Shown here one piece after another: positions 8,427 through 11,864 of a DNA stretch of 11,864 nt (position 1 is the first letter of the stretch; each line of letters begins with the position of its first letter). The notes under the pieces are model-generated. The model saw only the letters and a list, made by a program, of their open reading frames with translations, had not been told where the DNA came from and ran no database searches. The stretch comes from Verrucomicrobiales bacterium (GTDB lineage: Bacteria; Verrucomicrobiota; Verrucomicrobiia; Verrucomicrobiales; V1-33), in contig JANOAV010000131.1 in assembly GCA_031411295.1 (NCBI GenBank), forward strand, positions 1 to 11,864, in the 5' to 3' direction. A program made the translations under genes and the position numbers.

Positions 8427-9338
8427 CTAGAGCGCCTTCGCGCACACGGTCCCCAGGCGATCCCCCATGCGGGCATACAACTCCCGTTGCTGGGTGGATT
8501 CTCGAAGGAGGTCGTCGGCTAGTTTGATGCGACCGGGCTCGAAGATGAGGATGGTGCTGGAGCCGCCAAATTCAAAGTAGCCTTTCTCCGCACCCTTCAG
8601 CGTGAGTTGATGCTCGGCATAGGTTTGCTTGATGCTGCCTACGTTGGTGGCTCCGATTTCCATGAGGATGACGGTGCCTAACTGCTCAGTTTCCAGCAGG
8701 GTCAGCGTGCGTTTGTTCTCCCAGAGGTAGGCCACGCGTCTTCTTAAGGCGATGGGATTGACCGAATAGAGCAGCCCATCCAGGAGCCTAAGTTTCCCCG
8801 GCACACCATCCGCTGGGAAGTGGAAACGATGGTAGTCCACGGGGCAGAGTCGGCTGAGCACCAGCGTGCCGTGCGCAAATTGTTGGGCTAGGCGAGGATC
8901 GCCCACGAGATCGGGGATGGAGAATTTCTGGCCTTTGACGAAAACGCCATCAATCTGAGAAACATCCGGGAAACCCAAATGGCGGCCATCGGCGGGGAAA
9001 ATGACCGCGTCTGCCGCAGGATCGATGGGCCGGGCGGACGGCTTGAGTTTGCGATAAAAGAACTCGTTGAAGGTGGCGAAGCTGTCCGGTGCGTCGGCAA
9101 AGTCTTCCGCGGCCAGACCATATTGCTCGATGAACGGCAGCACCCGGGCCTTGCTGGCAGGTTGATCCATGCGCCAGCCATACCAGCGGGAAAAGAGGCG
9201 GCGTTTCACAAATAACTCCAACGCCAGTCGCCCCAGCGGATTCTCATAAGCAAAGCGCAACGGGGCCTCGCCATAGACCGCCTCGCGTTCGATTTGGCCA
9301 GTGTAACGATTAAAGAATTCGATGGGAGCTGAGGACAT
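8427..9338 (-). CDS. psd: Phosphatidylserine decarboxylase proenzyme
   Basis: FATFNEFFYRKLKPSARPI, FPADGR, VKGQKFS, RLCPVDYHRFHFP, ENKR, IGATNVGSI and the self-cleavage motif GYFEFGGSST. Confidence 0.96.
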   Translation of the reverse strand: MSSAPIEFFNRYTGQIEREAVYGEAPLRFAYENPLGRLALELFVKRRLFSRWYGWRMDQPASKARVLPFIEQYGLAAEDFADAPDSFATFNEFFYRKLKPSARPIDPAADAVIFPADGRHLGFPDVSQIDGVFVKGQKFSIPDLVGDPRLAQQFAHGTLVLSRLCPVDYHRFHFPADGVPGKLRLLDGLLYSVNPIALRRRVAYLWENKRTLTLLETEQLGTVILMEIGATNVGSIKQTYAEHQLTLKGAEKGYFEFGGSSTILIFEPGRIKLADDLLRESTQQRELYARMGDRLGTVCAKAL

Positions 9339-9369
9339 GGAAATAATCAGGGGGAGCTAGTGAAGCTGG

Positions 9370-9398
9370 TCCTTACTTCTGGGAGCCGAGGGCGTCAA
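9370..9398 (-). promoter_or_regulatory. Possible sigma-70 promoter of psd
   Basis: Minus strand TTGACG (9398-9393)-17 nt-TAAGGA (9375-9370), about 30 nt before the psd ATG. Confidence 0.3.
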
Positions 9399-9491
9399 TC
9401 GCGCAGGTTTTGCCTCCCACGGTTGCGCCTGCCGAGGCTGTTGCACCTGCTGGACTTACTCCTAAACTCAACGCATGAAACTCACCACCGC

Positions 9492-9800
9492 AAGTATTGG
9501 GGCAACTCATTTATTCCCAGTCCTGCTCCTGACATCATCCCAGATCGCTGGATCTGCGTGGAATTCATGCTCAAGCACAACACTCCAGGGGAGCCGAATG
9601 GGGAACAAGCGTTCTGGATTGATGGCGTGCTCTGCGGTCACTGGAAAGGCATCAACTGGCGCAAAACCGCCGCCCTCAAGGCCAACGCGTTGACCCTGGA
9701 AAGCTACTTCACCGACCGCTGGACGAAGCATGAGATCAACCTTGTTTCCTTCGATAACTTAGTCATCGCCCGGAACTACATCGGCCCGGCAGGTCGTTAG
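9492..9800 (+). pseudogene. C-terminal remnant of a concanavalin-like/polysaccharide-lyase-like jelly-roll protein
   Basis: Protein-like segment KYWGNSF...DRWICVEFMLKHNTPGEPNGEQAFWIDG...W.GINWR...FDNLVIARNYIGP. The upstream part of ORF 9360-9800 is low-complexity and overlaps the psd upstream region, suggesting loss of the 5' end. Confidence 0.6.
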
Positions 9801-10056
9801 GATCCGCGCCGGTGGAGCGTGGACCAACGAGGGAAATGCCGCCCAAAAGCCCGCTAAAACCCACGCCACGCGGCCAAACAACAGCCAAGGAAAAGTGAAA
9901 TTAAGCCAGAACGCCGTTACTGACCTCGCGAAGCGTGTCCTATCATCCCGCCGGCAGTCGGCACCGAGTCAAGCCAACCGCGAACTCGCAAAGCAAACCG
10001 CATCGGCCCGCCGATCAGCCACCGAGGTCGAAAACGCTGAGTGAATCACCGGGCCT

Positions 10057-10116
10057 GTCCAACAACTAATAGCTTTGAGGCGCAAAGCCGCTCAAAGCTA
10101 TCTTTAAAGGTTAGGC
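10057..10116 (-). other. Atypical terminal attC-like recombination site (60 bp)
   Basis: Minus strand: GCCTAAC-8 nt-ATAGCTTTGAG-11 nt-CTCAAAGCTAT-5 nt-GTTGGAC. Canonical RYYYAAC/GTTRRRY ends and a perfect 11 bp stem, but no L-box extrahelical base and asymmetric spacers. Confidence 0.55.
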
Positions 10117-10150
10117 TTTTTGTGGGGTTTTGTGTTCATCATCTGCATCT

Positions 10151-10369
10151 TCAAGCTTCGTAGTCCCTGTCGTCCGCCCTGATCTGCCACCAAAAGCCGA
10201 GACCAATGCCGATGATCGCTGTCGGAACTGAGACGAACCAAACCCAAGCTTGATCGGGGAAAGTGTTGTGCAACGCAACTGCGATTCCAACAGCAATGCC
10301 GAGGCAGATAGAAAGTCGCCACCAGCGCCAGAATTCAACAATCCCTCCGATCAAGTCGATGAGCCACAT
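10151..10369 (-). CDS. Cassette-encoded small membrane protein (72 aa, two TM helices), unknown function
   Basis: Fills the cassette between the sites at 10385-10511 and 10057-10116. Two hydrophobic stretches, Trp-rich. A-rich leader before the ATG. Confidence 0.75.
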   Translation of the reverse strand: MWLIDLIGGIVEFWRWWRLSICLGIAVGIAVALHNTFPDQAWVWFVSVPTAIIGIGLGFWWQIRADDRDYEA

Positions 10370-10384
10370 GGTTCTATTTCTTGG

Positions 10385-10511
10385 CCAAGACGTTAAAGCG
10401 CAGGCACCACCCTTGAAAGGACGCGTGACCGAAGCTGTGAGTGTTTGAAATTCAAATAGAGCATAAAAGTCACTGGGAAAGGGTTGGTCGCCCTGCCGCG
10501 TTTTGCTCGGC
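10385..10511 (-). other. attC site with mutated core boxes (127 bp)
   Basis: Minus strand: R'' GCCGAGC-AAAAC-GCG(G)CAGG..ACCA(A)CCCTT..GTGAC...GTCAC..AAGGGTGGT.CCTGCGC-TTTAAC-R' GTCTTGG. Stem and extrahelical bases are intact, but AAC reads AGC and GTT reads GTC. Confidence 0.75.
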
Positions 10512-10587
10512 TAGGAGAAGGTGGGGAAGCAGATTTTCTCATGTCTTTTTGTTTTGCACTGATTCATGACGTCTGTGCCTACCCTCA

Positions 10588-11034
10588 CTACTTAGGGATC
10601 ACCTCCGACTCAGGTTTAGGTTCCGCTTTGTTGGTGGTGATCTTCGAAAGAGTGCCAATCTCCACCCTATGTTCTCCTTCGAGGATCGCTACAGTCAGCA
10701 TGTCCCGATCAATACCAATACCTGCAAGGTCTAGGATAACAACTGTGATCGTCGCCTTTGGCTCCACCGTCAATCGGCTCCGCCTCCCGTGGCACGGCTC
10801 CGAAAAAAGCGAGCATCCGCCATGGTGGTATAGATTTGACCATGCGTTCCCCTTGATCCGCCAATCTTCGGTAACATACCGTGTCTGGTCTGAAATGTTC
10901 TGGATAGTAAACGTCCATTCGACAGCAGAATTGGTCGAGCCTGCAGACCTAGCGCTGACCACATCCCAACAGCGTTCCTCAGCGCGGAGAGTTCCAATAA
11001 GAAGCGTGATGAGTAAAAATGCTTTCATAATCAT
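10588..11034 (-). CDS. Cassette-encoded secreted protein (148 aa), possibly Ig-like beta-sandwich, unknown function
   Basis: ATG 3 nt after the attC R' box. Signal peptide MKAFLLITLLIGTLRA-EE. Beta-strand pattern VEWTFTIQNISDQTRYV...LTVEPKATITV. Confidence 0.75.
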   Translation of the reverse strand: MIMKAFLLITLLIGTLRAEERCWDVVSARSAGSTNSAVEWTFTIQNISDQTRYVTEDWRIKGNAWSNLYHHGGCSLFSEPCHGRRSRLTVEPKATITVVILDLAGIGIDRDMLTVAILEGEHRVEIGTLSKITTNKAEPKPESEVIPK

Positions 11035-11037
11035 TGG

Positions 11038-11128
11038 GCCGAACGTCTCGGATCAGACACCGGCTGCGCTGGACTCTGCTAACACGACAGCTAGCTCCAG
11101 CCGGTTGTCTGCATCCGTATTGTTCGGC
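11038..11128 (-). other. attC site (91 bp)
   Basis: Minus strand: R'' GCCGAAC-AATAC-L'' GGAT(G)CAG-ACA(A)CCGGCTG...CAGCCGGTGT-L' CTGATCC-GAGAC-R' GTTCGGC. Two extrahelical bases on the gene-proximal arm. Confidence 0.92.
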
Positions 11129-11185
11129 TAGTTGAGTGTGATGGTGGATGGGCGGCATGAACGTAATCAGTTTGTGGGCTCGTGT

Positions 11186-11677
11186 TCAAATGCCGTTCCG
11201 AGGCACGAAAGTCAACTGTAAGCGAAGGGGCTGACCAGCAGACAGTTTAAGGGCCGTATGCATGATGCATGCAGTAGAGAGGCGAGGGCATTGGAAATCA
11301 TTTGGAATAAGCCCTTGGCAGACGGCCTCTTTGGCTACTGACTCGGCAGTGCAGACGTGGACCATTATCTCCTCAAAATAGTAAGCCTCGTGGTTGACGA
11401 GATATTCGTAGAACTCGTGATTCCAAAAGCCCTCGAACGTGTCACTGTCTTGCTCCACGGGCCTTGCCAACACACGAATTGTCATGGGTCTATCGAACTC
11501 TCGCCCTTTCCCGAAATGCTGGTCAGAGCATGACTCCCAAAGTTCAAGCACTCCAGCCCGCTCAGCTTCAATGAGCCCGGTCCACCAAGTGTCCAACGAA
11601 GGCATTCCAGAATCAGAAAGCGCTTCTTGCAACAGTAGTGGCAATGCATCGAAAGTAGCGGGAATAGCGGCAATCAT
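11186..11677 (-). CDS. Cassette-encoded hypothetical protein (163 aa) with a His/Cys cluster
   Basis: ATG 9 nt after the attC R' box and fills the cassette. Motifs FYEYLVNHE, HVCTAE and IPNDFQCPRLSTAC. Confidence 0.82.
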   Translation of the reverse strand: MIAAIPATFDALPLLLQEALSDSGMPSLDTWWTGLIEAERAGVLELWESCSDQHFGKGREFDRPMTIRVLARPVEQDSDTFEGFWNHEFYEYLVNHEAYYFEEIMVHVCTAESVAKEAVCQGLIPNDFQCPRLSTACIMHTALKLSAGQPLRLQLTFVPRNGI

Positions 11678-11862
11678 TTTCTTGGAGCCGAACGCTTCGG
11701 ATCAGGCGACGGCGAGCGGGAGGCGTCGATGACACGACAGATGCCATACGAGCCGTTGCCTGCATCCGTTTTGTTGGACAAAGCCGCTCCGCGGAACGCA
11801 AGCGTGATTCGTGGACTGGTTAGCATCTGGACGGTGCATTGGGTAGCCGAGCGTTGGGGCGT
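11674..11862 (-). CDS. Possible 3' end of the next cassette ORF, reading through the attC (partial, 5' end outside window)
   Basis: Frame open from the window edge: TPQRSATQCTVQMLTSPRITLAFRGAALSNKTDAGNGSYGICRVIDASRSPSPDPKRSAPRK*. Its TGA overlaps the ATG of the 163 aa gene. Another frame is also open into the attC, so the frame is uncertain. Confidence 0.35.
   Translation of the reverse strand, partial: TPQRSATQCTVQMLTSPRITLAFRGAALSNKTDAGNGSYGICRVIDASRSPSPDPKRSAPRK
11687..11779 (-). other. attC site (93 bp)
   Basis: Minus strand: R'' GTCCAAC-AAAAC-L'' GGAT(G)CAG-GCAACGGC...GCCGTCGC-L' CTGATCC-GAAGC-R' GTTCGGC. Same family as 11038-11128, sharing the L boxes and internal CTGTCGTGT. Confidence 0.92.
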
Positions 11863-11864
11863 AG

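Larger units (their letters stand above)
10057..11864 (-). mobile_element. Integron gene-cassette array (distal end; integrase not in window)
   Basis: Three co-oriented small ORFs with lower GC and different codon style, each separated by an attC-like imperfect palindrome. Start codons lie 3-15 nt after the R' box. The array continues past the right edge. Confidence 0.88.

Noticed and set aside
9800..10050. Possible ncRNA, tRNA or integrase remnant beside the array
   Set aside because: No cloverleaf or recognisable RNA family motif and no tyrosine-recombinase motifs seen. Only the imperfect inverted repeat reported above.
10484..11131. 215 aa plus-strand ORF (and 11439-11732)
   Set aside because: Antisense to cassette genes and running across attC sites. 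The minus-strand ORFs fit cassette geometry.
10057..11779. CRISPR array or toxin-antitoxin repeat interpretation of the spaced palindromes
   Set aside because: The repeats are 60-127 bp, divergent and separated by whole genes. There are no constant-length spacers and no cas genes.

Overview
GC-rich bacterial DNA, most likely Verrucomicrobiota (inferred from protein C-terminal motifs and attC style). Bases 1-9800 are chromosomal. They hold an alpha/beta-hydrolase/beta-propeller fusion gene, then a translationally coupled operon of ECF sigma factor, anti-sigma, Spy/CpxP-like protein and a hydrolase pseudogene. Next come a GbsR/MarR regulator with a likely operator, an LplT-like MFS transporter, a secreted jelly-roll protein, phosphatidylserine decarboxylase (psd), a gene remnant and two REP-like doublets. 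From about 10050 to the right edge lies the distal end of an integron-type cassette array on the minus strand. It has three complete cassettes of unknown function plus the tail of a fourth, two well-formed attC sites, one attC with mutated cores, attC remnants and an atypical terminal hairpin site. No integrase is in the window, so it is either beyond the right edge or absent (CALIN).
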